64,000 nt of DNA from Candidatus Gottesmanbacteria bacterium (lineage in GTDB: Bacteria; Patescibacteriota; Microgenomatia; 2-02-FULL-39-11), in contig JACPZE010000002.1 in assembly GCA_016195685.1 (NCBI GenBank), positions 4,177-68,176 on the forward strand, read 5' to 3'. Positions 20,086 to 30,570 of this stretch are shown in pieces (positions within the stretch are counted from its first letter, which is position 1; the number at the start of each line of letters is the position of its first letter). Both the position numbers and the translations under genes were made by a program. Below the pieces are notes generated by a model. It did not search any database, was not told the DNA's origin, and was given only the letters and a program-made list of their open reading frames with translations.

Positions 20086-21117
20086 ATGATCGATTTATCT
20101 GCAACGGCTTTTCCTCACAGGAGATATAACCCACTACTTAAGGAATGGGTCTTAGTGTCGGCGCAAAGGATGAAAAGACCCTGGAAAGGAAATAGAGAAA
20201 GAAAAATTACTCCAAATCCATTAAAATTTGATCCACTTTGTTATCTTTGTCCGGGTAATAAGCGGACTATTAATCTATATAATCCGCAATATAAAAATAT
20301 TTTTATTTTTGATAATGATTTTCCTGCTTTATTACCTGATACACCAAATATATATTATAAAGAATATCAACTATTAAATGCTCAAAGTGAAAAAGGGATT
20401 TGTCGGGTAATTTGCTATTCGCCCAGACATGATTTGACTTTGGCAACAATGGAAACTAAGGGTATCGAAAAAATTGCTCAAGCTTGGAAACAACAATATG
20501 AAGAATTGTCTGCATACTCATTTATAAAATATGTTCAAATCTTTGAAAACCATGGTGAAATGATGGGTACCAGTAACTTCCACCCTCACGGTCAAATTTG
20601 GGCTTCAAGTAGTATTCCAACTGTTGTCATGCGTGAGCAAGAATCACAATATGAATATTACGATAAACACAAACAAACTTTACTTTCTGATTATCTTGCT
20701 CTTGAGTTGAAAGAAAAAATCCGCATTATTTTTGAAAATGCCCATTTTGTAGTTTTGGTGCCTTTTTGGGCAACTTGGCCTTTTGAAACTCTGATAATAT
20801 CAAGGAAACCCTATTCTTCCATTCTTCAATTAAATAAATCAGAACTATCCAGTTTAGCCGATGCACTTAAACAAATTACTGTCTCTTATAACCGCTTATT
20901 TAATATCTCTTTTCCATATTCGATGGGGATTCATCAGAGTCCGACGGATGGTAAAAATCATGAAGAATGGCATTTTCATATGCATTTCTTTCCACCGTTA
21001 CTAAGAGGTCCAGCAATTCGTAAATTTATGGTGGGATATGAAATGTTCGCTGAATCTCAAAGGGACATCACTCCGGAAGAAGCGGCAAAACTACTAAGGA
21101 AGTCAACAAAAATATAA
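20086..21117 (+). CDS. galT: Galactose-1-phosphate uridylyltransferase (class I, HIT-like)
   Basis: Zn-binding CYLCPGN and active-site FHPHGQIWAS. Confidence 0.85.
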   Translation: MIDLSATAFPHRRYNPLLKEWVLVSAQRMKRPWKGNRERKITPNPLKFDPLCYLCPGNKRTINLYNPQYKNIFIFDNDFPALLPDTPNIYYKEYQLLNAQSEKGICRVICYSPRHDLTLATMETKGIEKIAQAWKQQYEELSAYSFIKYVQIFENHGEMMGTSNFHPHGQIWASSSIPTVVMREQESQYEYYDKHKQTLLSDYLALELKEKIRIIFENAHFVVLVPFWATWPFETLIISRKPYSSILQLNKSELSSLADALKQITVSYNRLFNISFPYSMGIHQSPTDGKNHEEWHFHMHFFPPLLRGPAIRKFMVGYEMFAESQRDITPEEAAKLLRKSTKI

Positions 21118-21121
21118 ATTT

Positions 21122-22411
21122 ATGGTTTCAAATGTGAAGCGTTTATTTACAAATGGATTACGACAGTTTCGGTATCATTTTAAAGAAAATCCGTCCCATG
21201 CTTATGCGGCACCCGGAAGGGTAGAAATAATAGGTAACCACGTAGATTATCAGGGAGGAAGTGTAATATCCCTGGCACTGGAAAAATACGTCTTATGTTT
21301 ATTAAGAGTCAATGATGCAAATGACAAAATCAAGCGTGGAAAAGTAAATGTATTTTTAACAGCGTTTAAAAAGATGATTACATTTAATATTTCTGAAATT
21401 CAAGATGACTTTATACCGAAAAGTACAAACAGCGAGGATCTATATATAAAAGGACTGATTGCACAAATTGTATTTAGTCAAAGTAGAGAAAAGATATCAC
21501 TATTAGAAAATGGATTTGAAGCGGTAGTAATCGGAGATATACCTATTGGAGAAGGTGTTTCATCATCTGCAGCATTTTTGGTCTCTTTACTTACCTGTAT
21601 TTTAGAAAGTATTCATCTAAAACTTACTTTTTTTGAGAAGATACACCTGATTCGGATGACCGAACATAGAATTGGTAATTTTGCCGGACATCAGGACCAA
21701 ACCGTATCACTTACTGGAGGTATATTGCTAGTTAAACCAGAAGGTCAAAAACCAATCCCAATAAAAATGCATCCCAACTTTGAGAAATTTAAATTTTTAC
21801 TATTCCGCTCAGGTATATCCCGGTCACTTTCTGATAATAATTCACAATTTGCCCTGCGAGTAGCCGAGTGTAACGAAGCTTTAAAAATAATTAATAAATA
21901 CTTGCTTAAACATAATTTAAAAACTGTTCTAAATATTTCTTCACTTGTTGACTCTTATTATTCACATGCTGATATTGGATCTATTTATAAATTTCTAAAT
22001 AAAAATCTTGCAAAGCGTATAAAACATATTATGGAAGAAACAAAAAGAGTAGATAAAGCATATAAAGCAATCACAAATGGAAAAGTAGAGGAATTTGCAC
22101 AACTATTAAATGAATCCGGGGAAAGCTCTGCAAATCTTTACGAAGTAAGCCATCCGAAAGTAGAAGAACTGAAAAAACAAATCTATAATTTTTTTGCTAA
22201 AGAAAAAAGAAAATATATCTTTGCAGCTCGGATGATGGGTGGCGGAAATGGAGGTATGGTTTTGGCGTTCGTACCCAAGGAGAAAAAGCTTATACAGAGA
22301 TTGCAATCATATCTTAGAAGAAATTATTATAATCAGAAGAAAAGGGACAATTTTACTCCAATTGAAGTCACCATTATTAAGGGCCCCATAAACTTAACTA
22401 AATATATATAG
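21122..22411 (+). CDS. galK: Galactokinase (GHMP kinase)
   Basis: Galactokinase signature GRVEIIGNHVDYQGG and GHMP motif PIGEGVSSSAAF. Confidence 0.85.
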   Translation: MVSNVKRLFTNGLRQFRYHFKENPSHAYAAPGRVEIIGNHVDYQGGSVISLALEKYVLCLLRVNDANDKIKRGKVNVFLTAFKKMITFNISEIQDDFIPKSTNSEDLYIKGLIAQIVFSQSREKISLLENGFEAVVIGDIPIGEGVSSSAAFLVSLLTCILESIHLKLTFFEKIHLIRMTEHRIGNFAGHQDQTVSLTGGILLVKPEGQKPIPIKMHPNFEKFKFLLFRSGISRSLSDNNSQFALRVAECNEALKIINKYLLKHNLKTVLNISSLVDSYYSHADIGSIYKFLNKNLAKRIKHIMEETKRVDKAYKAITNGKVEEFAQLLNESGESSANLYEVSHPKVEELKKQIYNFFAKEKRKYIFAARMMGGGNGGMVLAFVPKEKKLIQRLQSYLRRNYYNQKKRDNFTPIEVTIIKGPINLTKYI

Positions 22412-22433
22412 AAATAAATATACTTTTAAAGTA

Positions 22434-24149
22434 TTAAAATTCCTCAAGAGTTGATGTATCTCCAATTGGAAGACCTAGTTCTTTGGCTTTAAGGATTCTG
22501 CGCATAATTTTGCCGGAACGGGTTTTGGGAAGCTTGTCGATAAATTCGATCTCTCGAGGGTAAGCATGACCTGCCAGGTGTTTTTTTACAAAAAGCGATA
22601 ATTCTTCTTTTAGTTCATCAGTTGGTTTTACGCCAGATTTAAGTACAACAAAAGCTTTGATTATTTCTCCGCGTAATTGATCGGGCTTACCGATTACACC
22701 CGCTTCTACCACACTAGGATGCTCAACAAGAGCCGATTCGACCTCAAATGGCCCTACACGCTCACCGGAGGTTTTTATGACATCGTCTGCTCGGCCAACA
22801 AACCAAAAATAACCGTCTTTGTCTTTCCATGCCCGGTCACCGGAAATATACCACTCTTTCACAAAATAAGAATCATATTTCACGTGTCTGTGCCAAATGG
22901 TTTTCATCATTGATGGCCAGCCTTTTCTCAGCGCCAGATTACCTTCCTTTCCCACTGGTAATTCATTGCCTTCCTCATCTATAATTGCTGCCTCAACCCC
23001 AGGGGTCGGCTTACCCATAGAGCCAATCTTTACATCCATACAAGGGTAATTAGCGATGGAGATAGCTCCTGTTTCTGTCTGCCACCAAGTATCATGAAAA
23101 GGAAGACCGAAGGCTTTTAGCCCCCATCTGATTGCTTCAGGATTGAGAGGCTCACCAACGGATAATAAGTGGCGCAGTGAAGATAAATCATGTTTCTTAA
23201 CAAGCGTCTCACCTTGCGCCATAAGCATTCTTACCGCAGTTGGAGCGGTGTACCAAACTGAAATTTTATATTTCTGAAGGAGCTGGTACCATTTTTCAGC
23301 CGCAAATCTTCCGGAAAATACCAGCGAAGTGACTCCATTACTCCAAGAGCCTAAAATTTCATAAGCAATTCCCGTAACCCATCCAGGATCTGCCGTACAC
23401 CAGTAAGTGTCTTCATCATGCAGGTCTAGCACATATTTAGCAGTCATATGCTCGGAAAGGATGGCCAGGTGCCTATGGACGACACCTTTTGGTTTCCCAG
23501 TTGTACCTGAGGTATACAGCATAAAGGCATAGTCATCCGGATCCATCCGAGCGATATGAATATCTTTGCTTTGTTTAGTTATATTTTGTGAAAATTCCGG
23601 TTCATCTACTATAATAATATGTTTTAAATGGGGAAGCTTGTGGCGGATTTTTTCCACTCTTTGGGATAATTCAGTATTCGTTATCAATACTTTCGCAGAG
23701 CTATTTTCGAGTCGGTCAAAAAGCGCCTGTTCCTGGAAAGCAGAAAATAGAGTGCCGGCGATAGCCCCGATTTTTAAGATTCCCAAAAATGAAAAATAAA
23801 GCGGGGGAATTCTGGGCAGAAAGATAAAAACTCTATCACTACGGTCTACTCCCAGAGATTTAAAATAATTTCCATACTGATTAGATAGATAAGAAACTTC
23901 TTCAAAAGTATATTTTTCTGTTTCATTGTTATCCCCTTCCCAATAGAGCGCTATTTTATTTTTGCGGAAAGTAGTTAAATGCCGATCGATTGCATTATAT
24001 GCAGCGTTTATTTTACCGTCTTCAAACCAGGTTAATTCATCTTCCTTTGCCTTTTCCCAGGAAAAATTCTTATATGTTGTTTCGTAATCCGGCAAATTTG
24101 GTGTTTGCTTAAAATATCCTTTTGGCTTATGGAAGAAATCTTCATTCAC
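22434..24149 (-). CDS. acs: Acetyl-CoA synthetase (acetate--CoA ligase, AMP-forming)
   Basis: AMP-binding YTSGTTGKPKGV. Acs-type motifs DTYWCTADPGWVTG and WWQTETG. Conserved C-terminal Lys in SGKIMRR. Confidence 0.85.
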   Translation of the reverse strand: MNEDFFHKPKGYFKQTPNLPDYETTYKNFSWEKAKEDELTWFEDGKINAAYNAIDRHLTTFRKNKIALYWEGDNNETEKYTFEEVSYLSNQYGNYFKSLGVDRSDRVFIFLPRIPPLYFSFLGILKIGAIAGTLFSAFQEQALFDRLENSSAKVLITNTELSQRVEKIRHKLPHLKHIIIVDEPEFSQNITKQSKDIHIARMDPDDYAFMLYTSGTTGKPKGVVHRHLAILSEHMTAKYVLDLHDEDTYWCTADPGWVTGIAYEILGSWSNGVTSLVFSGRFAAEKWYQLLQKYKISVWYTAPTAVRMLMAQGETLVKKHDLSSLRHLLSVGEPLNPEAIRWGLKAFGLPFHDTWWQTETGAISIANYPCMDVKIGSMGKPTPGVEAAIIDEEGNELPVGKEGNLALRKGWPSMMKTIWHRHVKYDSYFVKEWYISGDRAWKDKDGYFWFVGRADDVIKTSGERVGPFEVESALVEHPSVVEAGVIGKPDQLRGEIIKAFVVLKSGVKPTDELKEELSLFVKKHLAGHAYPREIEFIDKLPKTRSGKIMRRILKAKELGLPIGDTSTLEEF

Positions 24150-24159
24150 GATATATTAA

Positions 24160-25794
24160 TTAATCTATAATATTTGAGAGTAAATTTCTACTCCCCATTT
24201 CAGCGGGTTTTTTTATTTGCATAAGATCAAGTATAGTAGGTGCTATATCGGCAAGCACACCCGTCGGTAATTCTACAGATTTCCCTTCCCATTTTTTGTT
24301 TATTGCAATAAATGGTACTGGGAAAGTTGAATGTTCAGTATCAATTTCTCCGGTTTTTAGATCGATCAATTCTTCAGCATTACCGTGGTCAGCAGTTATA
24401 AAAACTGTACCGTTGTGATCAAGAACTTTTGGGATAATTTTTGCAAGGCATACATCAGTGGACTCACAGGCTTTAATAGTGGCCGCTAAATTGCCCGTAT
24501 GAGCAACCATGTCAGGGTTGGCAAAATTGATCAGGATAAAGTTATATTTATTGAGATTGAGATTTTTTATTACTTGATCAGTCAATTCTTGAGATGACAT
24601 TTCAGGTTTTAAGTCATATGTAGATACTTTAGGTGATGGAACAATCAGTCTGTCTTCACCGAGAAAAGGCGCCTCCCTAAGCCCATTGAAATAATAAGTG
24701 ACAAACCTTTCTTTTTCACTTTCACTTATACGCAGTTGGTGTAGTCCCATTTGCGAAATTGTTTCGCCCATCGGATGGCTTACAATATTTGGCGGGAATG
24801 CAACCGCTGATACTTTTACAAGTTGGCTATATTCCGTCATTGTTACAAAATATAAATGGGAAATTTTATCACCTCTTTCAAAAGGTTTTTGATAATTTGG
24901 GATATCGACCAAGTGTTTTTTGTGATATTTGACCGCATAAGGGTCAAAATCTGATATATTCGAATTATTTCTAAAGTCATCTAATACAAAAGCCTTTGTA
25001 AGTTGTCTTGGTCTATCTATGCGGAAGTTAAAAAATATCACGCTATCATTTTCTTCTATCAGCCCGATCGGTTTACCTTTTTTTGTTATGGATGTAGGTT
25101 CAATAAATTCATCAGTAATTTTTTTATTGTAATTATTAAGAATTGCTTGATTTACAGTAGTTGCGCAATCACCGGCTCCAGCTGTAAGTACTTTATACGC
25201 TTTTTCAGTTCTGTCCCAACGAAGATCCCGATCCATCGCGTAATATCTACCCATAATTGATGCAATTTCACCAAATCCCAGACTGCCAAGGTAAATTTGA
25301 ATTTGAGATATATAAATAGAGGCAGATTTGGGTGGAGAATCGCGACCGTCAGTGATCAAATGCAAAAATACCCTTATAAATCCTTGTTCTTTCATAAGCT
25401 GCAGAAGTGCCAGAAGATGTTCCAGATTTGAATGCACACCTCCGGAACCTACCAATCCCAATAGGTGAATTTTACTTTCGTATTTTCTGGCGTGATTTAT
25501 AGCAGATAAAAAGGCTTGGTTTTGGAAAAAAGTACCATCCGCTATGGAAAGATTGATTCGGGGAAGATCTTGGTAAACAATATATCCCGCACCTAAATTT
25601 ATGTGACCAGTTTCTGTATTTCCGTCTTCACCTTGTGGAAGTCCTACTGCTACACCAGATGCCTTCAGAAGACCGTGGGGATAACTATTTAAAAGACTAT
25701 TGTAAAAGGGGAGTTTTGCTTGCGAAATGGCATTTCCAGGACCAGCTGGCGCCACCCCCCAACCATCTAAAACTATAAGAATAACAGGACGCAT
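24160..25794 (-). CDS. gpmI: 2,3-bisphosphoglycerate-independent phosphoglycerate mutase (iPGM)
   Basis: N-terminus VILIVLDGWG and C-terminal ADHGNAE metal-site motif. 544 aa. Confidence 0.9.
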   Translation of the reverse strand: MRPVILIVLDGWGVAPAGPGNAISQAKLPFYNSLLNSYPHGLLKASGVAVGLPQGEDGNTETGHINLGAGYIVYQDLPRINLSIADGTFFQNQAFLSAINHARKYESKIHLLGLVGSGGVHSNLEHLLALLQLMKEQGFIRVFLHLITDGRDSPPKSASIYISQIQIYLGSLGFGEIASIMGRYYAMDRDLRWDRTEKAYKVLTAGAGDCATTVNQAILNNYNKKITDEFIEPTSITKKGKPIGLIEENDSVIFFNFRIDRPRQLTKAFVLDDFRNNSNISDFDPYAVKYHKKHLVDIPNYQKPFERGDKISHLYFVTMTEYSQLVKVSAVAFPPNIVSHPMGETISQMGLHQLRISESEKERFVTYYFNGLREAPFLGEDRLIVPSPKVSTYDLKPEMSSQELTDQVIKNLNLNKYNFILINFANPDMVAHTGNLAATIKACESTDVCLAKIIPKVLDHNGTVFITADHGNAEELIDLKTGEIDTEHSTFPVPFIAINKKWEGKSVELPTGVLADIAPTILDLMQIKKPAEMGSRNLLSNIID

Positions 25795-25845
25795 AATTAG
25801 TATTTAGTATCTAGTATAAAGTATTTAAGGAATAACGAAAAGAAT

Positions 25846-27141
25846 TTAGCTTCTAGAAAATGCAGCGTTTCCTGCGTATTGAGGCGATAAACCCATTTCA
25901 GCTAGCTCTTCCTCAATCTTAAGTAGTCGGTTATATTTTGCAACTCTTTCAGATCTGGCTGGAGCCCCTGTTTTGATCTGATCACAACATGTTCCTACGG
26001 ATAAGTCTGCAATAAAAGTATCTTCCGTTTCCCCAGAACGGTGTGAAATAATGTTATTCCATCCAGCTTTCTTACAAATTTTGATTGCCTCGAATGTCTC
26101 CGTAAGAGTTCCAATTTGGTTTAACTTTACAAGCAGTGCATTGCAAGCTTTGAGTTTAATGGCTTTTTTAATTCTTTCTGGATTTGTTACTAATAAATCG
26201 TCGCCTACAATTTGAATACGATTCCCAAGCCGTTGAGTAAGCCCTACCCAACCATCCCAATCATCTTCTGCTAATCCATCCTCCAGTGATAATATTTGAG
26301 GATACTTATTTATCATATCTTCCCAAAATGAAATCATTTCTTTAGTACTGAATTTTTTATTTTCTTTTCGTAGATTATATAAATTTTCTTTTTGATCATA
26401 AAAAGCAGATGCAGCAGCATCGATTGCAATTCCAACCTTTTTATTATATCCAGCATTTGAAATAGCATCAATTAATAGTTGAACCGCTTCTTCATTTGTT
26501 TTTAAATTTGGTGCAAAGCCGCCCTCGTCACCTACTAAAGTTGAATAACCCCGATTTTTTAAAAGTTTTTTTAGGGTATGATAAATTTCGCTGCTCCATT
26601 GGATTGCCTGGGTAAAAGTATGGGCGGCAAACGGGACGATCATAAACTCTTGTATATCTGGTCCTTGCCAATCAGTATGGGTACCCCCGTTTAAAACATT
26701 TAACATCGGTGTGGGCAAAATATTTGTTTGCTTAACTTCGTATATCCGACCCAAGTAACTAAATAAGGGCATATTTTTTGATTTAGAAGAAAGTCTGGCT
26801 ACAGCCATAGACAAGGCCAAAATAGCGTTTGCTCCCAAATTACTTTTATTGGAAGTGCCGTCCAGAGTAATCATTGCTTTGTCAATTTTCGTCTGGTTTA
26901 AAATATCGATTGGTTTAAGTTGCGAATAAATGCTTAAAATATTTGAGAGAGCTTTGAGTACTCCCTTGCCCGAGTAATCTTTTCCTCCATCCCGAAGCTC
27001 CAATGCTTCATGTTTTCCTGTTGAAGCACCGGAGGGTACCATAGCCGAAGCTGATATATTGTTTGCAGTTATTTCTACCGCTATTGTCGGATTTCCTCTA
27101 GAATCTAGTATTTGATATGGTTTAACTCGATCAATTTTCAT
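25846..27141 (-). CDS. eno: Enolase
   Basis: ILDSRGNPT N-terminus and SHRSGETED catalytic motif. Confidence 0.95.
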   Translation of the reverse strand: MKIDRVKPYQILDSRGNPTIAVEITANNISASAMVPSGASTGKHEALELRDGGKDYSGKGVLKALSNILSIYSQLKPIDILNQTKIDKAMITLDGTSNKSNLGANAILALSMAVARLSSKSKNMPLFSYLGRIYEVKQTNILPTPMLNVLNGGTHTDWQGPDIQEFMIVPFAAHTFTQAIQWSSEIYHTLKKLLKNRGYSTLVGDEGGFAPNLKTNEEAVQLLIDAISNAGYNKKVGIAIDAAASAFYDQKENLYNLRKENKKFSTKEMISFWEDMINKYPQILSLEDGLAEDDWDGWVGLTQRLGNRIQIVGDDLLVTNPERIKKAIKLKACNALLVKLNQIGTLTETFEAIKICKKAGWNNIISHRSGETEDTFIADLSVGTCCDQIKTGAPARSERVAKYNRLLKIEEELAEMGLSPQYAGNAAFSRS

Positions 27142-29465
27142 TTTTTCCCTTGTTTCTGCTCTACATTATATATATTCTCCCGGACGACATCGACAACGTC
27201 AGGATTCACCGAAATGCTTGTGATACCCCAAGATACCAATTTTTCAACTAATTCCGGGAAGTCAGATGGTGCTTGACCGCAGATGGAGGAAGTGACGCCG
27301 TATTTGCTACAAGTCTTTATAACCCGCTCCAGTGCCCAAAGGATTGCTGGATTGCGTTCATCAAATACTTGTGCAACCTCGTCATTATCACGATCTGCAC
27401 CTAATATAAGCATTGTTAGATCATTTGAACCTATTGATACGCCGTCTATACCTAACTCACAAAACTTATCGATCAAAATGACATTGGAAGGTATTTCTAC
27501 CATCAGCCATAATTTAAAAGTCGCGGAACGAGCAAGACCAGAAGCGGCGATAATTTTTTTAATTTGCGCCATTTCCTCCACCGTATGTACAAAAGGTATC
27601 ATCAGCCACAGATTTTTATAACCGTATTTATTCCGGACCATTTTGATTGCCTCCAGTTCTAGTTCAAATACTCTCGGGTCAGAAATATACCTGTATGCAC
27701 CTCGAAACCCCAACATGGGGTTGGATTCTTCGGGTTCAAATTCTTTTCCACCGATTAAATTGCGATATTCATTCGTCTTAAAATCTGTAGCCCTATATAC
27801 AATTGGCCGGGGATTGAAAGCTTCACAAAATTTCGATAAATCCGAAGCAAGTTTAGTGATAAATACTTTTTCTTTGTGTTCTTTAATAAGCTTTCTGGGA
27901 TGAGTTCCAATATCTGCAATCATAAATTCAGCCCGAAGTAAACCAATTCCATTCACATTCATTTTGGATACTTCGACTACTCGATCAGGCTGGGCCATAT
28001 TTACATAGACTTTGGTTGCGGTTTTTAAATGAATACTGCTTTTAGGCTTCACTTGAGCTTTCAATATATTTGCTTGAGATTGAGTAAGCCCCCCTTTATA
28101 GACTTCACCTTTTGCACCATTCACGGTAATCACATTGCCGCTTTTTATTTTTACGCTTGCCCCAGAAGCTCCGACTACTGCCGGAATGCCTAACTCTCGG
28201 CTGACTATCGCAGCATGAGAAGTGCGACCACCTTTTTCGGTCACAATTGCAACCGCCCTTTTCATCGCTGGAACATAATCCGGATTGGTTTGAGGTGTAA
28301 CCATCACATCTCCGGGTAATATTTTCTCGATTTCAGACGCCGAAAAAATTACTTTTGCAGGCCCCCAAGCTATTCCGGGTGAAGCCGGATCTCCGGAAAC
28401 CAAAAGTTCTTGCTTTGATGTGTCCAAAATCTCTTCTTTTTGAGTTTTTAGGTTTTCGCTTTCAGATTTCATTGTCGTAATGGGACGAGTCTGTACTATA
28501 TATACAGTTTCCTTCTCAATAGCCCATTCCACATCTTGTGGATGATAGTAATGTTTTTCAAGTTTTACACCGAGTCTTGCAATCTCAATTAGCTGCTTAT
28601 CAGTTATTTTTTGTTTCCCTACGAGCTTTTTATCCACAGAGTATTCTTTTGTAACACCGTTTTTTCTTACAAGCATTATTGTTTGAGAAACTACTTTTTT
28701 GCTTAACGGTTTAAGAGACTTTTTGTCTACCTCAAAATGATCAGGCGTTACTGCGCCTTGGACAATTAATTCTCCCAAACCATAAATTGCCTCAATTACC
28801 AGCTTTTTCTTTTCGTTGGTAACCGGATCAATTGTAAACATCACACCTGAACTTTCGGAATCTACCATCATTTGCACTGGAACGGCGATACCAACTTTAA
28901 AATGATCAAATTTTTGCTCGGCCCTATAAAAAATTGCTCTGGCTGTAAATAAAGATGCCCATGCCTCCCGGACTTTTAGTAAAACATTCGCCTCACCCAT
29001 AACATTGAGGTAGGTTTCCTGTTGTCCGGCAAAAGAAGCGGTGGGCAAATCTTCTGCAGTAGCCGAGGATCTAACTGCCACGAGAGGGTTTTTCATCATT
29101 GATGCTAATCTTTTACTCAAGCTAGATTTTTTTGCAGAACGTTTGGCAAGATTTGAATAAGCGATCATTATCTCTTTCGCTAATTCTTTTGGTATTTGTG
29201 TTTTAAGAATAACCTTACGAATATTATCGCTCGTTTGTTGAAGGTTCTTTGGGTCCTTATGATCTAACAATGCTAAATAGCCCGCAATTTTTTTTGATAT
29301 ACCGGCACTTTTCAAAAAGTCAAAATAAGCAAACGCGGTTATTACAAATCCATAAGGTACTGGAATCCCAGCGTTGAACATTTCACCCAGATTTGCTCCC
29401 TTTCCTCCGACTATAGCTACATCACCTTTACCTATTTCCTCAAACCAAGCAATATGTTTTTGCAT
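27138..29465 (-). CDS. ppsA: Phosphoenolpyruvate synthase (pyruvate, water dikinase)
   Basis: 775 aa. N-terminal ATP-grasp VGGKGANLGEM. Phospho-His domain GGRTSHAAIVSRELGIPAVVG. C-terminal PEP-utilizer TIM barrel. The length fits PpsA rather than PPDK. Confidence 0.85.
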   Translation of the reverse strand: MQKHIAWFEEIGKGDVAIVGGKGANLGEMFNAGIPVPYGFVITAFAYFDFLKSAGISKKIAGYLALLDHKDPKNLQQTSDNIRKVILKTQIPKELAKEIMIAYSNLAKRSAKKSSLSKRLASMMKNPLVAVRSSATAEDLPTASFAGQQETYLNVMGEANVLLKVREAWASLFTARAIFYRAEQKFDHFKVGIAVPVQMMVDSESSGVMFTIDPVTNEKKKLVIEAIYGLGELIVQGAVTPDHFEVDKKSLKPLSKKVVSQTIMLVRKNGVTKEYSVDKKLVGKQKITDKQLIEIARLGVKLEKHYYHPQDVEWAIEKETVYIVQTRPITTMKSESENLKTQKEEILDTSKQELLVSGDPASPGIAWGPAKVIFSASEIEKILPGDVMVTPQTNPDYVPAMKRAVAIVTEKGGRTSHAAIVSRELGIPAVVGASGASVKIKSGNVITVNGAKGEVYKGGLTQSQANILKAQVKPKSSIHLKTATKVYVNMAQPDRVVEVSKMNVNGIGLLRAEFMIADIGTHPRKLIKEHKEKVFITKLASDLSKFCEAFNPRPIVYRATDFKTNEYRNLIGGKEFEPEESNPMLGFRGAYRYISDPRVFELELEAIKMVRNKYGYKNLWLMIPFVHTVEEMAQIKKIIAASGLARSATFKLWLMVEIPSNVILIDKFCELGIDGVSIGSNDLTMLILGADRDNDEVAQVFDERNPAILWALERVIKTCSKYGVTSSICGQAPSDFPELVEKLVSWGITSISVNPDVVDVVRENIYNVEQKQGKK

Positions 29466-29484
29466 ATAAACCTCCTTTAAAATA

Positions 29485-30570
29485 TTAATTAATTATTTTT
29501 GACAATTCTTTTTTAAAATAGTCTACCCATGGAATTGCTGACGGATCAATATCATGAAGCATGGCAAGATAAAAAGTCGTCCACGATGCTAACTGGATTA
29601 ATTCCATAACTTGAGTTAAAGACGTTTTTCCAGTTAATTGGATGCTTTCAAAAGAAATCTTATTTTTCTCAATTACGCTCTTTGTCAGCTGCATCCGTCT
29701 TGCATTTCTGCTGTCATAAATTTTGGAGTCGATAAAAATAAAATGCAATAAATCTTTAATTTCAGGTGGATAAGATAAACCTTCCATCAAATGATGATTT
29801 AGTTCTGGAACGGCGAAATATAAAGCAAATTGTTTAGCTGTTTCATGAAACGGGTTTCGGATAGCATAAGCGGTGCCTTCCAAAAAGTCTGTAATAATTA
29901 TTACAGGAATTTTATTCATACAAGTGTGGGCTAGTTTTTTGGCTAAATTATTTTCGCTTGAATTGCTTGGCTCGTAAAATTTAATTTTGTTGTCTAGAAA
30001 ATCAGTTGCTTCGGCGATTTCTTCCTTTCCTACTGGAATATACCCGAGTTTGGCAAGCATGCCCAAAAGCCCGGTTACCATGTAGCCAACGCCTATCCTC
30101 GGTTGGGCGCTGGGGTTATGGATTGGATTAAAAATGTAAGCAGGGTAATTATTTAATCTTAGAAAATCAGCCAGTTGTCCACCAGAAGTAATTCCGGCAA
30201 TTTTTACCTCCCTTTCTTTTGCTTCTTTGGCGGTTGCTAGGGTTTCTTCTGTATTGCCAGAATAACTTGATAAAATTACCAAAGAATCTGAATTCACATA
30301 ACCCGGTAACCAATATGTGTTCGCAAGTTCCACTGGAATTTTTGTCATCTGTGCTCCATCATATAGACTCTTGACAATACGAGCTCCGTAAGTTGATCCT
30401 CCCATGCCTGAAATCACGATATTACTGACAGTTTTAAAATTTTGGGGGAAATTGATGGCCATACTTTCCTGCCATGCCTGTTTTATTTGTTGCGGAAGTT
30501 TTTTGATAGATTTAAGAGCGTTCTTTGTATCGAGGTTTTTTATTTTAATAAGATCTTCAAGATTATTCAT
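29485..30570 (-). CDS. Bifunctional phosphoglucose/phosphomannose isomerase (SIS domain, archaeal-type PGI/PMI). The likely start is MNNLEDL at 30570.
   Basis: Two SIS-like segments (GMGGSTYGAR and ILSSYSGNTEE) and a length of about 360 aa. Confidence 0.65.
   Translation of the reverse strand: MNNLEDLIKIKNLDTKNALKSIKKLPQQIKQAWQESMAINFPQNFKTVSNIVISGMGGSTYGARIVKSLYDGAQMTKIPVELANTYWLPGYVNSDSLVILSSYSGNTEETLATAKEAKEREVKIAGITSGGQLADFLRLNNYPAYIFNPIHNPSAQPRIGVGYMVTGLLGMLAKLGYIPVGKEEIAEATDFLDNKIKFYEPSNSSENNLAKKLAHTCMNKIPVIIITDFLEGTAYAIRNPFHETAKQFALYFAVPELNHHLMEGLSYPPEIKDLLHFIFIDSKIYDSRNARRMQLTKSVIEKNKISFESIQLTGKTSLTQVMELIQLASWTTFYLAMLHDIDPSAIPWVDYFKKELSKIIN

Noticed and set aside
22412-22433. Short palindrome ATACTTT-TA-AAGTAT between convergent galK and acs
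   Set aside because: The stem is too AT-rich and weak, and there is no U-tract. At best it is a bidirectional attenuator and cannot be supported.
25795-25845. Iterated AGTAT pentamers (attAGTATttAGTATctAGTATaaAGTATtt) in the eno-gpmI spacer
   Set aside because: Most likely AT-rich spacer or promoter-like sequence. There is no partner regulator and no way to distinguish it from chance in a genome of about 35% GC.
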